Made by a program: the position numbers and the translations under genes. The notes beneath the pieces are model-generated. The model saw nothing but the letters and a program-made list of their open reading frames with translations. It was not told where the DNA came from and did not search any database. This document shows, in pieces, positions 18,226 through 30,488 of a stretch of DNA of 64,000 nucleotides. Origin of the DNA: Polyangiales bacterium (GTDB lineage Bacteria > Myxococcota_A > Polyangia > Polyangiales > Ga0077539); the NCBI GenBank assembly GCA_044229975.1, contig JBGARZ010000019.1:1-64000 (forward strand), given 5' to 3'. Position 1 is the first letter of the stretch, and each line of letters starts with the position of its first letter.

Positions 18226-19924
18226 GGGTGCTGGCTCCGGTCAGTGACTTCACCTGGATCGCGTCGCCGCCACCGGTGCCGGTGCCGGACTTGTACTGGT
18301 CCATCTGCTTCTTCGTGTACCACTGCTGGAGGATGCCGAGGCACGAGTTTACGAGCATGTAGAGCGCGAGACCGGCCGGCAGAAACAGCGAGATGCCCGT
18401 CAGGAAGATGGGGAAGAAGTAGGTCATCATCTTGGCCTGCACCGGGTCCATCCCCTGCGGCGGCATCAGCTTCTGCTGGAGGAACATGATCGCCCCCAGG
18501 ATGAGCGGCAGCACATAGTAGGGGTCCGGCGCCGAGAGGTCGCGCCACCACAGGAAGAACGGCGCGTGGAACAGCTCCACCGACGTCTGGAGCGTGGTGT
18601 AGAGCGCCCACCAGATGGGGAGCTGCGCGAGCTGCGGGAAGCAGCCGCTCAGCGGGTTGACGCTGTTCTTGCGGTACAGCTCCATCGTCGCGAGGGTCTT
18701 CGCCTCGGGGTTGTCGGCGAGTCGCTGGTTGATCTCGTCGAGCTCGGGCTTGAGCTTCGCCATCATCGCCATGGACTTCATGGACTTGGCGAGCAGCGGC
18801 AGCAGCGCCGTGCGGATGGAGAGCGTGAGCAGGATGATCGCGACGCCCCAGTTGCCCACCACGCTGTGGAGGAAGGCGAGGTAGCGCATGAGCTGCCGCG
18901 CGATGAACGAGAAGAACCCGAGGTTGACGGTCTCCTTCAAGCGCCCGTCGGGGGTGACCGCCGCGAGCAGCGCGGGCTCCTTGGGGCCCATGTACACGGT
19001 CGCGCGGAAGGTCTGCGTCGACCCGGTGGGGAGCGGCGTCGCGGCCCAGCCGACGGAGGCGCCGAACACGCTACCCAGCGGGTCTTGCCCTGCGGCGACG
19101 ATGCGGTCTTCGGCGAAGAGGCGGCAGCGGGCGTCCTCGTTGCCCCGCGGCACGACCGCCATCGCGAAGTAGGTGTTGTCGAGCGCGGCGAAGGTTGCGG
19201 CGCCGGGCAGCGCGTCCTCGGGCCGACGCTCGAGCAGCTTGTCACGACCCTCGCGATAGAGCTCCGTGCCGTGCCGACAGAGACCCTCGGCGACCTGCCA
19301 CGGGCGCTGGAAGAACTTCCCCTCCTCATCGGCGCGCAGCACCCACTGATACACGGGCACCCGCGCCTCGACCGTCGCGTCGGGACCGCGGTTGGTCACG
19401 CGCGTCTCGACCTCCATCGTGAAGGGGCGGGTCGAGCGGAAGCTGCGCACCACGTCGACGTCTCCGCCGCTCCAGGTGAGCTCGACCTCGTGCTCGTCGA
19501 CCTGCCGCCCGGCGTAGTCCTGGTACGGGGGGATCACCGCCGCGCCGTTGCGTCGGACGTTGAGCTCCGTGCGGAGCGAGAGCAGGTCTTCGTTGGAGGT
19601 GGAGGCGAGGTTGATGCGCCGGTCACCGAGACGCCCGGTGGCCGGGTCGACGGACCCGCCGGGGGCCGCGAACTGCGAGCCGTTGAGGCGCAACGAGCGC
19701 AGGCCCGCCGAGCGGGTGGTGAGCTCGGCGTCGAAGCCCGAGCGCGCGGCCGTGAGGGGCGAGCGCACGTGGAAGGTCTGCTCGGGCGGGCGACCGGTGG
19801 CCGCGGGGGGCGGCGCCACGTTGCGGAGCGACGGCGTCGAGGTCGTGCTTTTGTGCGTCGTAAACCACCAGACCGCGAGACCTCCAAGGAGGAGGAAGGC
19901 GAAGGTGCGCAGGGAGTCTTTCAT
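18218..19924 (-). CDS. yidC: Membrane protein insertase YidC
   Basis: [40 protein letters not shown]. Confidence 0.96.
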   Translation of the reverse strand: MKDSLRTFAFLLLGGLAVWWFTTHKSTTSTPSLRNVAPPPAATGRPPEQTFHVRSPLTAARSGFDAELTTRSAGLRSLRLNGSQFAAPGGSVDPATGRLGDRRINLASTSNEDLLSLRTELNVRRNGAAVIPPYQDYAGRQVDEHEVELTWSGGDVDVVRSFRSTRPFTMEVETRVTNRGPDATVEARVPVYQWVLRADEEGKFFQRPWQVAEGLCRHGTELYREGRDKLLERRPEDALPGAATFAALDNTYFAMAVVPRGNEDARCRLFAEDRIVAAGQDPLGSVFGASVGWAATPLPTGSTQTFRATVYMGPKEPALLAAVTPDGRLKETVNLGFFSFIARQLMRYLAFLHSVVGNWGVAIILLTLSIRTALLPLLAKSMKSMAMMAKLKPELDEINQRLADNPEAKTLATMELYRKNSVNPLSGCFPQLAQLPIWWALYTTLQTSVELFHAPFFLWWRDLSAPDPYYVLPLILGAIMFLQQKLMPPQGMDPVQAKMMTYFFPIFLTGISLFLPAGLALYMLVNSCLGILQQWYTKKQMDQYKSGTGTGGGDAIQVKSLTGASTRG

Positions 19925-20181
19925 CGACGACCGTCCGGCGACGCGTGGACGTCGCAGTGGCAGGGGAGTTGCGGCGGGGGATCATAGCCGCCGGGGTGAA
20001 ACGGGTGGCACTTGAGCAGTCGCTGCGCCGCGAGCCAGGAGCCGCGCGCGGCCCCGAAGCGCTCGACGCACGCCGTGGCGTAGCGCGAACACGACGGCTC
20101 GAAACGGCAGACGTTGCCGAGCAGGGGCGACAGCGTCGCGCGGTATACACGAAGGAGGAAAAGAAGCACGGAGGCGATCAC
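19921..20181 (-). CDS. yidD: Membrane protein insertion efficiency factor YidD
   Basis: [22 protein letters not shown]. Confidence 0.95.
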   Translation of the reverse strand: MIASVLLFLLRVYRATLSPLLGNVCRFEPSCSRYATACVERFGAARGSWLAAQRLLKCHPFHPGGYDPPPQLPCHCDVHASPDGRR

Positions 20182-20585
20182 CGGGGAGGACCTCCCGTCG
20201 CGGACGGGGTGGAGGGCGTCGGTGGTCGCGGCGCGCGGTCCCCGCCCCGGCGCCGGGCGAAGGCCGCGCGAATCTCCGCACGCGCTTCAGCAAATGCAAG
20301 CGCGGGACACGATTCCCTCGCGATGATCACCACCTCGCACCCGACGGGGAACATCTCCGGGTGCAGCCGGAAGACCTCGCGCACCACGCGCCGGATGCGG
20401 TTTCGTCGCACGGCGTTGCCGGCCTTGCGGCTGGTGACGAGGCCGAGTCTCGGGGGAGCGTCGTCACCGCGCTCGTGCACGATGACGACGAGGTGGGGGG
20501 CGTGGAGACGACGACCGGCCTTCTGCGCGGAGACGAAATCTCCGCGTCGGAGGATGCGCTGGGACTTGTCGAAGCCCGCGCTCAT
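20178..20585 (-). CDS. rnpA: Ribonuclease P protein component
   Basis: [21 protein letters not shown] (RNR motif). Confidence 0.95.
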   Translation of the reverse strand: MSAGFDKSQRILRRGDFVSAQKAGRRLHAPHLVVIVHERGDDAPPRLGLVTSRKAGNAVRRNRIRRVVREVFRLHPEMFPVGCEVVIIARESCPALAFAEARAEIRAAFARRRGGDRAPRPPTPSTPSATGGPPR

Positions 20586-20667
20586 GGGACGGTCGTCGGA
20601 CAGCTTCAGAGGGGAGTGGGGGAGGGGCGTGCGTGGAGGGCGGCTGCGGCCCTCCGACGGTGGGCGC

Positions 20668-20817
20668 CTACTTCTTGTAGGTGGTGACGGAGAGCCGGGC
20701 GCGGCCCTTGGAGCGGCGGTTCTTGATGACGGCGCGACCGCCCGCGGACTTCATGCGGGCGCGAAACCCGTGGGTGCGGATGCGGTGGACGCGGCTGGGT
20801 TGGTACGTACGCTTCAC
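20668..20817 (-). CDS. rpmH: 50S ribosomal protein L34
   Basis: [25 protein letters not shown] start after GAGGAGG. Confidence 0.97.
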   Translation of the reverse strand: MKRTYQPSRVHRIRTHGFRARMKSAGGRAVIKNRRSKGRARLSVTTYKK

Positions 20818-20916
20818 GGTAAAAATCCTCCTCGAACGGGCGGCGGAAACAACCACAGGGGTCGGTGGGGTGTCAAGGCGCGCGGGCCACCCTTCTCTCC
20901 GCCGCCGACCGGAGGG

Positions 20917-21672
20917 TCAGAACCACTCGTACCCGAGGTGGATGTCGAGGAACTGGAACACGCCCGTTCCGATGAAGCTGGTGTGGCTGCTCAAGCCGAT
21001 GCGAAAGCCGTAGCGCCGGGTGTCCATGCCGGCGGACGCGGCGACGATGGTGAGGTTGAGGCGCGCTTGGATGCCGAAGTAGGCGCCGGCGCCGCCGATA
21101 CCCGTCCTGGAGTCGCAGCTCGACACCGCGTCGGGGCACACGAGACCCGCGGCGTAGTCGATGGACGGGCCGAGCGCGGCGCTGAAGAGGTCGCTGAAGT
21201 GCCACTCGCCCATGATGCCGCTGCCGTAGACGATGGCGGCGCCCGAGTACTCGACGCCGTTGATGGTGCCGCCCGCGATGCCGATGGGCAGGGTGCCCTG
21301 GTAGTAGATCGCGAGCTGGTCGTTGATCTGCCCACCGAGACGAAACGACCCGACGATGGACGCGCCGCGGAGGCCGCCGGCGAACATGTACCCGCCACCG
21401 AGGTCGAAGCCGTAGCGCACCCGGCCGACGCGCACCGGCCGCTGCGGCTGGACGTAGACGGTCTGCTGCTGGGGCTGCTGCTGGACGTAGACCGTCTGGG
21501 GCTGCTGTTGCTGAACGTAGACGGGCTGGGGCTGCGCGTAGACCGGCTGCGGCTGCGCCTGCACGCCCACCTGAACGCCGCCGTAGAACTGCGCGCTCGC
21601 GTCGCTGGCGTGGAGGGAGAGGGCGACCGCGGCGGCGCCGGCGAGGAGGAGAGAGCTTGTTCGGGTGGTCAT
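20917..21672 (-). CDS. Putative outer-membrane beta-barrel protein with N-terminal Q/P repeats
   Basis: Signal peptide, amphipathic Gly/aromatic strands, C-terminal HLGYEWF. Confidence 0.65.
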   Translation of the reverse strand: MTTRTSSLLLAGAAAVALSLHASDASAQFYGGVQVGVQAQPQPVYAQPQPVYVQQQQPQTVYVQQQPQQQTVYVQPQRPVRVGRVRYGFDLGGGYMFAGGLRGASIVGSFRLGGQINDQLAIYYQGTLPIGIAGGTINGVEYSGAAIVYGSGIMGEWHFSDLFSAALGPSIDYAAGLVCPDAVSSCDSRTGIGGAGAYFGIQARLNLTIVAASAGMDTRRYGFRIGLSSHTSFIGTGVFQFLDIHLGYEWF

Positions 21673-21807
21673 AGAGGTTTCAGGACTCCTGAGGGTGGTC
21701 GTTGCGGGGATTGGGTAGTCGGCGCGCGGACGATGCCCGTCGGGGTCCCGCGCGGGTCGATGGTACGCACAGTTGGGGTGGAGGCTTCGGCGGATTATTC
21801 CCGCGCG

Positions 21808-22500
21808 TCAACCGACGGCCTTCAACAGCCCTGCGTCCAGGAAGGAAAACGCCCCGTCGCGCCCGAGAATCACGTGGTCGAGCAGTGGGAGCTCGATGGC
21901 CGCGCCGGCCTCCGCGACGCGGCGCGTGAACTCGGCGTCCTCCGGGCTCGGCGTCGGATCGCCCGACGGGTGGTTGTGCACCAGCACCATCGACGCGCCG
22001 CCTTCGCGCAGGGCGAGCGCGAACACCTCGCGCACCCCGAGGGCGACGCCGGCGGGTGTCCCGTGGGCGAGCACTCGCTCGGCGATGAGTCGCTGCTTCA
22101 CGTCGAGCACGAGCGCCAGCACGCACTCGTCGGGCATGTCGACCATGCGCGCCGACCAGCAGCGCACCACATCGCGGCTCGACGTAAACGCCATGCGCCG
22201 CGGCGGAGCGATGCGACGGGCGCGCTGAACGAGCTCCCACGACGCGATGAGTCGGGCGGCACGGTGCTCTCCGAGGTCGAGCGCGAGCGGGCCGAGGGCG
22301 GTGCGAACGAGCCCTCGAACGCCGTCATGGCTCGCGAGCAGGTGTCGACCGAGGGCGTCAGCCGTGAGACCGCCGCGACCGCGACCGAGCGCGAGCCGTA
22401 GCACCTCGGCATCGCTCAAGGTGTCGAGTGGGACGCGTCGGTGCCGCGGCAGCGGGCGTGGGGGGAGGGACTGGTTGTCGTTGGCGGGTCGGGTCGGCAT
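21808..22500 (-). CDS. radC: RadC-like JAB/MPN domain protein
   Basis: LSDAEVL, VHNHPSGDPTPSPED, LLDHVILG. Confidence 0.9.
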   Translation of the reverse strand: MPTRPANDNQSLPPRPLPRHRRVPLDTLSDAEVLRLALGRGRGGLTADALGRHLLASHDGVRGLVRTALGPLALDLGEHRAARLIASWELVQRARRIAPPRRMAFTSSRDVVRCWSARMVDMPDECVLALVLDVKQRLIAERVLAHGTPAGVALGVREVFALALREGGASMVLVHNHPSGDPTPSPEDAEFTRRVAEAGAAIELPLLDHVILGRDGAFSFLDAGLLKAVG

Positions 22501-22605
22501 GGTGATGCCCGACCAAACCAAGCGGCGTGCCGCGCGAAAATGCCTCGAAACGAAGGCGCGAAGGACTGGCGGCGGGTGGCGGCGGGGTGGCGGCGGGGGT
22601 GGCGG

Positions 22606-23007
22606 TTACTCTCCGCCGTTCTGGTTCTGCATCATGTCGCGGATGCGCGCGCGGGCCCCACGGGCCTGGCTCTGCATGCCTGCGACCTGGGCCTGGGTCT
22701 GACGGAGTTCCATCTGGGTGGTGGCCTGCTGCTGTTGGAGGGCCGCAATCTGCTGCTGCTGTTGGGAGACCTGTTGCTCCAGGGTCGCCGTGCGCTGCTC
22801 CACCATCGACAACCGCTGCTGGAGCGCCGTCAGGTCGGGGTTGGGCGCCGCGACCGGGGCCATCGGTTGAGGTTGCATCACGGGCGCGGTGGGGAGCGGC
22901 TGCGCCACGGGCGCCGGAGTGGCGGTCGCGGGCGCCTCGTCCTCGCTCGCGCGACGGGTGCAGGCAACGACCAGGAGCACGGAGACCATGGCGCGAAGGG
23001 GCAGCAT
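22606..23007 (-). CDS. Small Gln-rich coiled-coil lipoprotein
   Basis: LLVVAC lipobox-like, Pro linker, heptad repeats. Confidence 0.6.
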   Translation of the reverse strand: MLPLRAMVSVLLVVACTRRASEDEAPATATPAPVAQPLPTAPVMQPQPMAPVAAPNPDLTALQQRLSMVEQRTATLEQQVSQQQQQIAALQQQQATTQMELRQTQAQVAGMQSQARGARARIRDMMQNQNGGE

Positions 23008-23068
23008 CGGGGATGTCGAGAGCCGTATCGGGTTCGCCCGCGACGCGCAATGGGCGCCCCGGAGGGGA

Positions 23069-24670
23069 CTACGGCGCGCGCAGCAGGTTGCTCCTTGTGC
23101 GCAGCTCGAAGTTGGCGCGGGTGCCGTTGCCGCCGTCGCGCACGTACACGTAATAGAAGCCCGGATCGAGCAGGCGGCCGAGGGTCTCGCGCGCTTCGGT
23201 CCCGCGGGCGGCGGTGATGAGGTCGCCGCGGTGATCGCGCAGCTCGACGTCGATGTCCGTGTGGTCGGCCGGTCGCCCGCTGCCCTCGATGGTGAGCTCA
23301 AGGTGCAGCCAGCCGCGCGCGGTCATCTGCACGCGGTACACCCTCAGCGCGTCGAAACCGTTCTGCGGGCGAGCGTGTCCGCCCGACGGTGCAGGCTCGG
23401 TGCGCCCATCGATCTTGCCCCCGACCACACCCGGAACCGCCAGGTTGGTCGGCCAGTCCTCGCTGTCATCGCGCGGAACCATCGCCACCGGCTCATGCGT
23501 CGCTCGCAACATCGCGAGCAAGGCATCGCGCTGCACCACGGGTGCATCCCCCGACGAGATCAGTCGCAGGAAGGTCCCCAGCGCCGGGTACGCGGACGGC
23601 TGGTCGTGCCACGTCATCATTGCGCGCATGAGCACCGCGGGGCTCACCGCGACGCCGTCGTGGTCGTCATCGACGTATCCCTCGCTGCCGTCGATGAGGT
23701 CCCACAGCACATCCGAGACGCTCATCTCGTTGCCGATGCCGCGCGGGCCGGGCGCTGAGTGTTCGAGGTCGTGGTCGACGCGCAGGCTGCCGCCTGGTTC
23801 GAGCCCGATGGTGTCCTGGTAGTGCGGGTCGTGGCGCACCGCGCTGGAGAACCACGTCGCGCGCCCTTCCTCCCACGCGAGCCCTGGGTCGATGAGGAAG
23901 CCCGACGGGTGCGATCCGCCGGTGGAGGAGTTCGATGAGAGCCGGTCGAAGACGAAGTGCCCGAGCTCGTGGAGGATGATTCCCTCGTCGTGCTCGTCCG
24001 TGTCCGTCGAACGTTGCTGGCCGGGTGATCCGCCGAGGAGTTCGAGGCAGAAGCGCCCCGAGTGCGCCGGTCGCTCGCCCCGGTAGAAGCTCCACTCGGT
24101 GGTGACTCCGCGGCCCCAGTAGACCATCAACGGCGGCAGCGTTTGACCCGTCCACGCGTGCGACGCGTCGAGCCCGGCGAGGATGGTGTCCGCGATATGA
24201 AACGCCCCCGCGATGCCATCGGGCGTGGCGTCGGCGGCCGTGAGATCAAGCGGGTGGCTCGCGTCCGGGCGCGCGATGCGTAGCGCGTGGGTGACCGATC
24301 CATCGGCCTGCGCCGAGACGCGGACGTCCTGTCCGTCGCGGGTGGCGTGGGCGTACACCGCGATCGCGGGGGCACGGCCGGGCGCCTGCAGCGAGAAGCG
24401 TCCCTCAGCATCGGTGAGCGTGCGCGAGAGCTCCCGATGATCGGCGTCTTCAGCGACGACTTCGACGAAGCGGGCGGGCCGTCGTTCGAGCGATTCCGAG
24501 GCACCGTGGGCCGTGGGTCGGCGGGCTTCGTAGTGGACGATTCCCGCGAAGGTCACGGCCGGGCCGAGGTCGACGGGCGCGGTGCTGACGCGTGCTGCGG
24601 GGCGGGTGGTGGTGCAGGCCGCGAGCACGACGGACGTCAGGAGGGCGCGGTGTAGCATCGTGCGCGGCAC
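23069..24670 (-). CDS. Lipoprotein zinc metalloprotease with C-terminal PPC-like domain
   Basis: [23 protein letters not shown]...[10 protein letters not shown]. Confidence 0.75.
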   Translation of the reverse strand: MPRTMLHRALLTSVVLAACTTTRPAARVSTAPVDLGPAVTFAGIVHYEARRPTAHGASESLERRPARFVEVVAEDADHRELSRTLTDAEGRFSLQAPGRAPAIAVYAHATRDGQDVRVSAQADGSVTHALRIARPDASHPLDLTAADATPDGIAGAFHIADTILAGLDASHAWTGQTLPPLMVYWGRGVTTEWSFYRGERPAHSGRFCLELLGGSPGQQRSTDTDEHDEGIILHELGHFVFDRLSSNSSTGGSHPSGFLIDPGLAWEEGRATWFSSAVRHDPHYQDTIGLEPGGSLRVDHDLEHSAPGPRGIGNEMSVSDVLWDLIDGSEGYVDDDHDGVAVSPAVLMRAMMTWHDQPSAYPALGTFLRLISSGDAPVVQRDALLAMLRATHEPVAMVPRDDSEDWPTNLAVPGVVGGKIDGRTEPAPSGGHARPQNGFDALRVYRVQMTARGWLHLELTIEGSGRPADHTDIDVELRDHRGDLITAARGTEARETLGRLLDPGFYYVYVRDGGNGTRANFELRTRSNLLRAP

Positions 24671-24733
24671 GGTAGCATCGGCTCCGCGGGCCTCGGAGGT
24701 TCTGGTAGGGTCCGCGCTGATTCGCGCGCCGCC

Positions 24734-27700
24734 ATGAAGATCCGCAAGCTGGAGCTACAGGGATTCAAGTCCTTCGTCGACCGCACGGTGCTCACCTTCG
24801 AGCACGACGTGACGGCGGTGGTGGGTCCCAACGGCTGCGGCAAGAGCAACACCGTCGACGCCATCCGCTGGTGCATGGGCGAGCAGAGCGCTCGTCACCT
24901 GCGCGGCAAGTCGATGGACGACGTGATCTTCAACGGGTCCGACAGTCGGCCGCCGCACCCCTTCGCGGAGGTGACGCTCACCTTCGACAACCGCGACGGG
25001 CTCGCGCCGGCAGAGTTCGCGGCGTACCCGGAAATCGCCGTCACGCGAAAGCTCACCCGCGACGGCAACAGCGAGTACCTCATCAACAAGACGCCCGTGC
25101 GTCTGATGGATGTGACCAACCTGTTCCTGGGGTCGGGCGCGGGCACCAAGGCGTACTCCATCGTCGAGCAGGGCCGCGTCGGTCTCATCGTCACCTCAAA
25201 GCCCGAAGACCGGCGCGCGCTGTTGGAAGAGGCCGCGGGCATCACCCGCTTCAAGGCGCGGAAGAAGCTCGCCGAGCGCCGCCTCGAGCTCACCAAGCAG
25301 AACCTCCTGCGCGTGAGCGACCTCCTCGGCGAGATCGAGAAGGGCCTCGGCACGCTCAAGCGCCAGGCGCAGAAGGCCGAGCGCTACAAGCAGCTCAAGA
25401 CCGAGCAGCGCGAGCTCGACCTCTTCCTCGCGAGCCACCGCTTCACGACGCTCACGGCGCAGGGCGAGGCGACCCGCGCGGCCCACCTCGTGTCGAGCGC
25501 GAAGCTCGAAGGAACACAGTCGGCGCTGCTCCGCGTCGAGGCTGAGGGTGAGGGTCTGCGCGGCCAGGTGTTCACGGCGGAGACGGCGCTGGAGCGCGCG
25601 CAGAAGGACGCGTTCACGGCCGACAACGAGGTGCGCCGGGTCGAGGCCGAGCTCCAGCGGGTGCGAGATCAGCGGGCGGCCGGGCAGCGGCGCGAGGTCG
25701 ACGCGAAGAGAGAGCTCCTGGAGGTCGAGGCGAGCAACAGCACCCTGGCGACCGAGCGTGACGCGCTGGCCAGGGAGCTCGACGCCGTGGCCGCGTCGGA
25801 GGCCGAGGAGATCGAGCGCCTCGCCATCGCCGAAGAGCGGCTGCGTGAGGTGCGCGAACACCTCGCTGCGGTGGACGCCGAGCTGCGTGGACACCGCGAG
25901 GCGGCGCTGCAATCGGAGAAGGCCCTCGCGACGGCCGAGGCGACGCGAGCGGGCGTGGCGCGTCGGCTGCGCGAGGCGGAGGAGCGATCGGCGCGGCTGC
26001 GCGGCGAGTCGCGGAGCATCGAGCGGCGCATCGCGGAGATCGAGCGCGAGGGGGCGACGGCCAACGAGACGCGCGATCGGCTGAAGGCTGAGCGTGAGGC
26101 GATGGCGGCGCGGAAGGCGGCACTGGAGGCCGAGCAGGGCCCGGCGAGGGTGGCGCGCGACGGGGCCGAGCAGGCGCTGTCGGAGACGCGACGCGAGCGC
26201 GAGCGGGTGGCCGCGCGACTGACGGCGCTGCGCGAAGTGGCGAAGCGACACGAGGGCGTGGGGCAGGGGGTTCGCGCGCTGCTCGACGGCAAGGACGCGG
26301 CGGTGCGGGGCCTGGCGGCGGACCACATCGCGGCCGACGAGCGGTGGTCCAAGGCGCTGGCCGCGGCGCTGGCCGATCGTTGGCAGGACGTGCTGGTGGC
26401 GACCGTCGACGACGGGCTGCGCCTGCTCGAGTCGCTCAAGAACACCAAGAAGGGCCGCGCCGCCGTGGTGCCCGCGTCGGCCGAGCACGCGGTCACCGAG
26501 ACGGCTCTTGGGGTCACGCCGCGCGGCGACGGTGTGATCGGGCTCCTCCTCGACCAGGTGAACGACCCCGACGTGTTGCCCGACGCGGTGCGCTCGGCGC
26601 TACGCGGCGTGGTCGTCGTCGACTCGCTCGCGACAGGGCTGCGGTGCGCGCGTGAGACGCCGGGCGCGTGGCGTTACGTGACGGCGACGGGCGAGCTGTT
26701 GGAGCCGGGCGGTCGCATCGTGGGCGGCGTCCCCGAGGCGGCGGGCGCGGGCCTGCTCGCGACGATGGCGGAGGTGCGGACGCTGGAGCCGCGGGTCGAG
26801 GCGCTCGACGAACAGGTGGCCGAGCGCACCGAGGCGTTGGACATCGCACGCACGCGGGTCCGAACGGCGGCCGAGGCCCTGGAGGCGGCGAAGGCCGACC
26901 TGCACGCGCAAGAGCTCTCCTTGGTGATGGCCGAGCGCGACGCGAAGGCGCACGAGGCCGAGCTCGCGCAGGGGCGTCTGCGGTTGAGCGCGCTCGCGAC
27001 GGAGCTGGAGTCCTGCGACAAGGCCGTGGCCGACGCGCTGCAGGAGGACGTGACGCTCGACCGGTCCATCGGCGAGGCGACGGCGCGGCGCGACCGGGCG
27101 CGCGAGGGCTTGATGTCGGGCGAGGCCGAGGGCACCGCGTGGCGCTCGGAGGTCGACCGCGCGACGTCGCGAGCGACGGACGCCAAGGTGGTCGCGGCGC
27201 GGGCGCGCGAGCGGGCCAACGCGGCGCGCAACGCGGTGCATCGGCTGGAGCGATCGGTGGAGGAGCTCCGCACGCGCGGCGAGCGCCTGCGCACCGAGCT
27301 GGAGTCGTTGGGCGAGGCCGAGCGATCGGCGGAGGCGCGCGAGGCGGGCCTCGTCACGGCGTCGACGCTGGCGGCGAGCGAGGCGTCGCGGCTGCGCGAC
27401 GCGGCGCAGGTGGCGCGACAGGGCTACGAGGCGGGGCGCGAGGCGCTGGCGCAGATCGAGGGGCGTCTGCGGGAGATTCGCGCGAAGAAGGAGTCGCTCG
27501 GCCGCGAGGCGACGGCGCTGGAGATGCGGGCGCGCGAAGAGGCGCTCGCGATGGAGCACCTCGTCACGACGGTGGCCGAGAAGCACCAGGTGGCGCTGCC
27601 GTCGGAGGTGGCGCGCTTCGCCGACCGCGAGGCCCCGACGGACGCTGATCGTGCGCGGCAGACGGAGCTCGCGCGCTCGGTGGAGCGGCTGGGCGACGTC

Positions 27701-28321
27701 AACCTGACTGCGATCGAGGAGTACGCGGCGCAGGAGAAGCGGCAGACCTTCTTCAGCGAGCAGAAGGCCGACATCGACCGCGCGGTGGCCCAGCTCGAAG
27801 AGGCCATCGGGGCGATGAACAAGGAGTCGCGTCGCCGCTTCCGCGAGACCTTCGACGCCGTCAACGAGCACTTCCAGCAGCTCTTCCCGCGCCTGTTTCG
27901 CGGCGGCAAGGGGATGCTCCAGCTCACCGACGAGAGCGACCTGCTGGAGACCGGCGTCGAGATCGTCGCGCAGCCTCCGGGCAAGAAGCTCATCAACCTG
28001 GAGTCGATGTCGGGCGGCGAGAAGACGCTCACGGCCGTGACGCTGCTCTTCGCGCTCTTCCTCCACCGGCCGTCGCCGTTCTGCCTGCTGGACGAGGTCG
28101 AGGCCGCGCTCGATGAGGCCAACGTCATCCGCCTCGTCGACCTCGTGCGCGACCTCACCAACCAGTCGCAGTTCATCCTCATCACCCACAACAAGCGCAC
28201 CATGTCGATGGCCGACGTGCTCTACGGGGTGACGATGCAGGAGCCCGGCGTCTCGAAGCTGGTGAGCGTGAAGCTTCGCAAGGAAGACACGCTTCCGGTG
28301 CCTTCTCCCGCCGTCGCCTGA
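24734..28321 (+). CDS. smc: Chromosome segregation protein SMC
   Basis: [14 protein letters not shown], long coiled coils and hinge, [16 protein letters not shown]. Confidence 0.97.
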   Translation: MKIRKLELQGFKSFVDRTVLTFEHDVTAVVGPNGCGKSNTVDAIRWCMGEQSARHLRGKSMDDVIFNGSDSRPPHPFAEVTLTFDNRDGLAPAEFAAYPEIAVTRKLTRDGNSEYLINKTPVRLMDVTNLFLGSGAGTKAYSIVEQGRVGLIVTSKPEDRRALLEEAAGITRFKARKKLAERRLELTKQNLLRVSDLLGEIEKGLGTLKRQAQKAERYKQLKTEQRELDLFLASHRFTTLTAQGEATRAAHLVSSAKLEGTQSALLRVEAEGEGLRGQVFTAETALERAQKDAFTADNEVRRVEAELQRVRDQRAAGQRREVDAKRELLEVEASNSTLATERDALARELDAVAASEAEEIERLAIAEERLREVREHLAAVDAELRGHREAALQSEKALATAEATRAGVARRLREAEERSARLRGESRSIERRIAEIEREGATANETRDRLKAEREAMAARKAALEAEQGPARVARDGAEQALSETRRERERVAARLTALREVAKRHEGVGQGVRALLDGKDAAVRGLAADHIAADERWSKALAAALADRWQDVLVATVDDGLRLLESLKNTKKGRAAVVPASAEHAVTETALGVTPRGDGVIGLLLDQVNDPDVLPDAVRSALRGVVVVDSLATGLRCARETPGAWRYVTATGELLEPGGRIVGGVPEAAGAGLLATMAEVRTLEPRVEALDEQVAERTEALDIARTRVRTAAEALEAAKADLHAQELSLVMAERDAKAHEAELAQGRLRLSALATELESCDKAVADALQEDVTLDRSIGEATARRDRAREGLMSGEAEGTAWRSEVDRATSRATDAKVVAARARERANAARNAVHRLERSVEELRTRGERLRTELESLGEAERSAEAREAGLVTASTLAASEASRLRDAAQVARQGYEAGREALAQIEGRLREIRAKKESLGREATALEMRAREEALAMEHLVTTVAEKHQVALPSEVARFADREAPTDADRARQTELARSVERLGDVNLTAIEEYAAQEKRQTFFSEQKADIDRAVAQLEEAIGAMNKESRRRFRETFDAVNEHFQQLFPRLFRGGKGMLQLTDESDLLETGVEIVAQPPGKKLINLESMSGGEKTLTAVTLLFALFLHRPSPFCLLDEVEAALDEANVIRLVDLVRDLTNQSQFILITHNKRTMSMADVLYGVTMQEPGVSKLVSVKLRKEDTLPVPSPAVA

Positions 28322-28328
28322 GCGACCG

Positions 28329-29726
28329 CTACCGCAGGTACCAGGCTGCCGCGAGCAGCGCGATGGCGCCGATGGCGAGCGCCATCCAACGTCGCCCGAG
28401 CGGAACCTTCGGCGGCGCGGTGAGCGGGGCGTAGCGAGCGGACACCGGGTCGACCTCGGGCATCGGCTCCGGGGGCGGCTCGGTCGTCGGCATCGGCGCG
28501 ACGGGCTGCGCGAACAGCAGCAATGGCGGCGCGTTGGACGCGGGAATCTCGAACTCGAGGTCGGCCTCGGCCTCGACCGCGGCGGGTGGGACGGTGGGTG
28601 CGGGCTCATCGTCAGCGACCGGGTCATCGAAGAAGGCCGAGAGAGCTTCGGAGGGCAGCGGCTCTTCGACGAAGGGGCGCGCGGTACGCGTGGCGCTGAG
28701 GAAGCGCGATCGGATGTTGGCGATGGGCTCGATGCGTGTGACCTCGTCGGAGAGTTGCATGGGGAGGTTGGGCGCGAGGGGCTTCATCGAGTGCTGCCGG
28801 GTCACGGCGACGCGCTCGATGAGCTCGACGACCTCGGCCTCGGGCGGCACCCCCTGCGCGAACATGAACTCCGACAGCGCTTCGGAGAAGGCGCGCGCGG
28901 TCTGGTAGCGCTGCGCCGGGTCGGCCTGGAGCCCGCGTCGGATGATGGCGACGAAGGCCGCCGGCAGCTCGGGACGCAGGCGCGCGGGGTCTTCGATGAC
29001 GGCGCGGCTCACGCGCTCCAACAGGATCGGCAGCGGCGCATCGGGGAAGGGCCCGACGCCGACTGCCAGCTCATAGAGCACGGCGGCTGCGGCGAAGACG
29101 TCGCTGCGGGCGTCGACGGCGAGGCCGCGCACCTGCTCGGGCGAGAGGTACGAGTACTTGCCCTTGATGACGCCGGCCTGCGTGGAGGACGGTCGGTCGG
29201 TCGCGCGGGCGAGGCCGAAGTCGGCGAGCTTCACCTCGCCGTCGTAGGAGACGAGCACGTTGGGCGGCGAGACGTCGCGATGAACGATGCGGAGCGGCTG
29301 ATCGTCGGCGTCCGTCGCCCGGTGCGCGTGTTCGAGGCCCTCGCAGACCTCGCGGGTGATGAAGGCCGCGACGATGGGCGAGGGGAGCGCGCCGATGGGC
29401 TTGAGGCGTTCGAGGAGGCGGCCGAGGTCGAGGCCGTCGACGTACTCCATCGCGATGTAGTGGCGACCTTCGACCTCGCCGAGGTCGATGACCTGCACGA
29501 TGTTGCGGTGGCGCAGCCGTGAAGTGAGCCGGGCCTCTTCGATGAGTCGCCGGGTCGCCTCGGGGTCACGGCTGTTTCGCGCGTGCACCATCTTGAGCGC
29601 GACGTGCTTCTCGAAGCCCGCGACCGAGCGGGCCCGCGCGAGGAAGACCTCCGCCGCGCCGCCTCCGGCGATCCGTCGCACGATTTCGTAGGGGCCGAAC
29701 GTTCGGGGGAGATCGCGGTCGCTCAC
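28329..29726 (-). CDS. Ser/Thr protein kinase with C-terminal TM
   Basis: VALK, HRDVSPPN, DFG, YLSPEQ. Confidence 0.92.
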   Translation of the reverse strand: MSDRDLPRTFGPYEIVRRIAGGGAAEVFLARARSVAGFEKHVALKMVHARNSRDPEATRRLIEEARLTSRLRHRNIVQVIDLGEVEGRHYIAMEYVDGLDLGRLLERLKPIGALPSPIVAAFITREVCEGLEHAHRATDADDQPLRIVHRDVSPPNVLVSYDGEVKLADFGLARATDRPSSTQAGVIKGKYSYLSPEQVRGLAVDARSDVFAAAAVLYELAVGVGPFPDAPLPILLERVSRAVIEDPARLRPELPAAFVAIIRRGLQADPAQRYQTARAFSEALSEFMFAQGVPPEAEVVELIERVAVTRQHSMKPLAPNLPMQLSDEVTRIEPIANIRSRFLSATRTARPFVEEPLPSEALSAFFDDPVADDEPAPTVPPAAVEAEADLEFEIPASNAPPLLLFAQPVAPMPTTEPPPEPMPEVDPVSARYAPLTAPPKVPLGRRWMALAIGAIALLAAAWYLR

Positions 29727-29796
29727 CTCACCTCGGCCGCGGATTGTATCGGAGTGGCCGTCGCGCGGGACGTCCGTGTTGATCTAGACTTGGCCC

Positions 29797-30306
29797 GTGG
29801 CAGACACCGTGACCCCGAGGCCGCTCGTGCGGCGTGAGCAGCTCCGCGACATCGGTCTTTTTGGGGGACTCGACGACGAGTCCCTGGAGACGCTGACGCG
29901 CGAGCTGCGCGCCGCCCTCTACGACCCGGGTGCGATGGTGATGCAGGAGGGCGATCACGCGCGGGAGATGTTCGTCGTGCTCTCGGGCGAGCTGGAGGTG
30001 GTGCGCCACTCGCACGCCGGGGGCGAAGGGCGCATCGCGCTCCTGGGCCCGGGCAATTGGGTGGGCGAGATGTCCATCATCGACCCGCAGCCGCGGTCGG
30101 CGTCGGTGCGCGCGCTGGCGCCGTCGGTGCTGCTCGTCGTGAGCACGGAAGACCTCGACCGGCTCTACCGCCGGGACATGAAGTCCTACCTGCTGGTGGT
30201 GTTGAACATCGCGCGCGAGATGGCGCGTCGGCTGCGGGTGGCGGACGGGATGATCGCCGGGTTCATGTCGTCGGTGATCGACCAGAACCTCGGCTACCGG
30301 CGCTGA
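29797..30306 (+). CDS. Stand-alone cyclic nucleotide-binding domain protein
   Basis: EGD..EMFVVLSGELEV, GEMSIID..PRSASVRA; no HTH. Confidence 0.9.
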   Translation: MADTVTPRPLVRREQLRDIGLFGGLDDESLETLTRELRAALYDPGAMVMQEGDHAREMFVVLSGELEVVRHSHAGGEGRIALLGPGNWVGEMSIIDPQPRSASVRALAPSVLLVVSTEDLDRLYRRDMKSYLLVVLNIAREMARRLRVADGMIAGFMSSVIDQNLGYRR

Positions 30307-30307
30307 C

Positions 30308-30427
30308 TCAGTCGAGCACCATGATGTGCTTGAAGCGCTTGGTGGCCTTGCGCTTGATCTTCGCGCGGTAGCGGGCCGTCTTGTTGCGAACCTTGTGCTG
30401 CTTGATCTTCTTGCTGGCGAGGTACAT
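30308..30427 (-). CDS. 39-aa highly basic small protein
   Basis: MYLASKKIKQHKVRNKTARYRAKIKRKATKRFKHIMVLD; strong GC3 codon bias, purine-rich RBS, upstream promoter. Confidence 0.7.
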   Translation of the reverse strand: MYLASKKIKQHKVRNKTARYRAKIKRKATKRFKHIMVLD

Positions 30428-30488
30428 CGCGACACTCTCTCGACAAAGCGCCCCCTGTGATTGGGGACGCGGAGTTACAGGGCGGCGG

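Noticed and set aside
22568..22605. GGTGGCGGCGGG tandem repeat / G-quadruplex candidate
   Set aside because: Short and expected by chance at this GC content.
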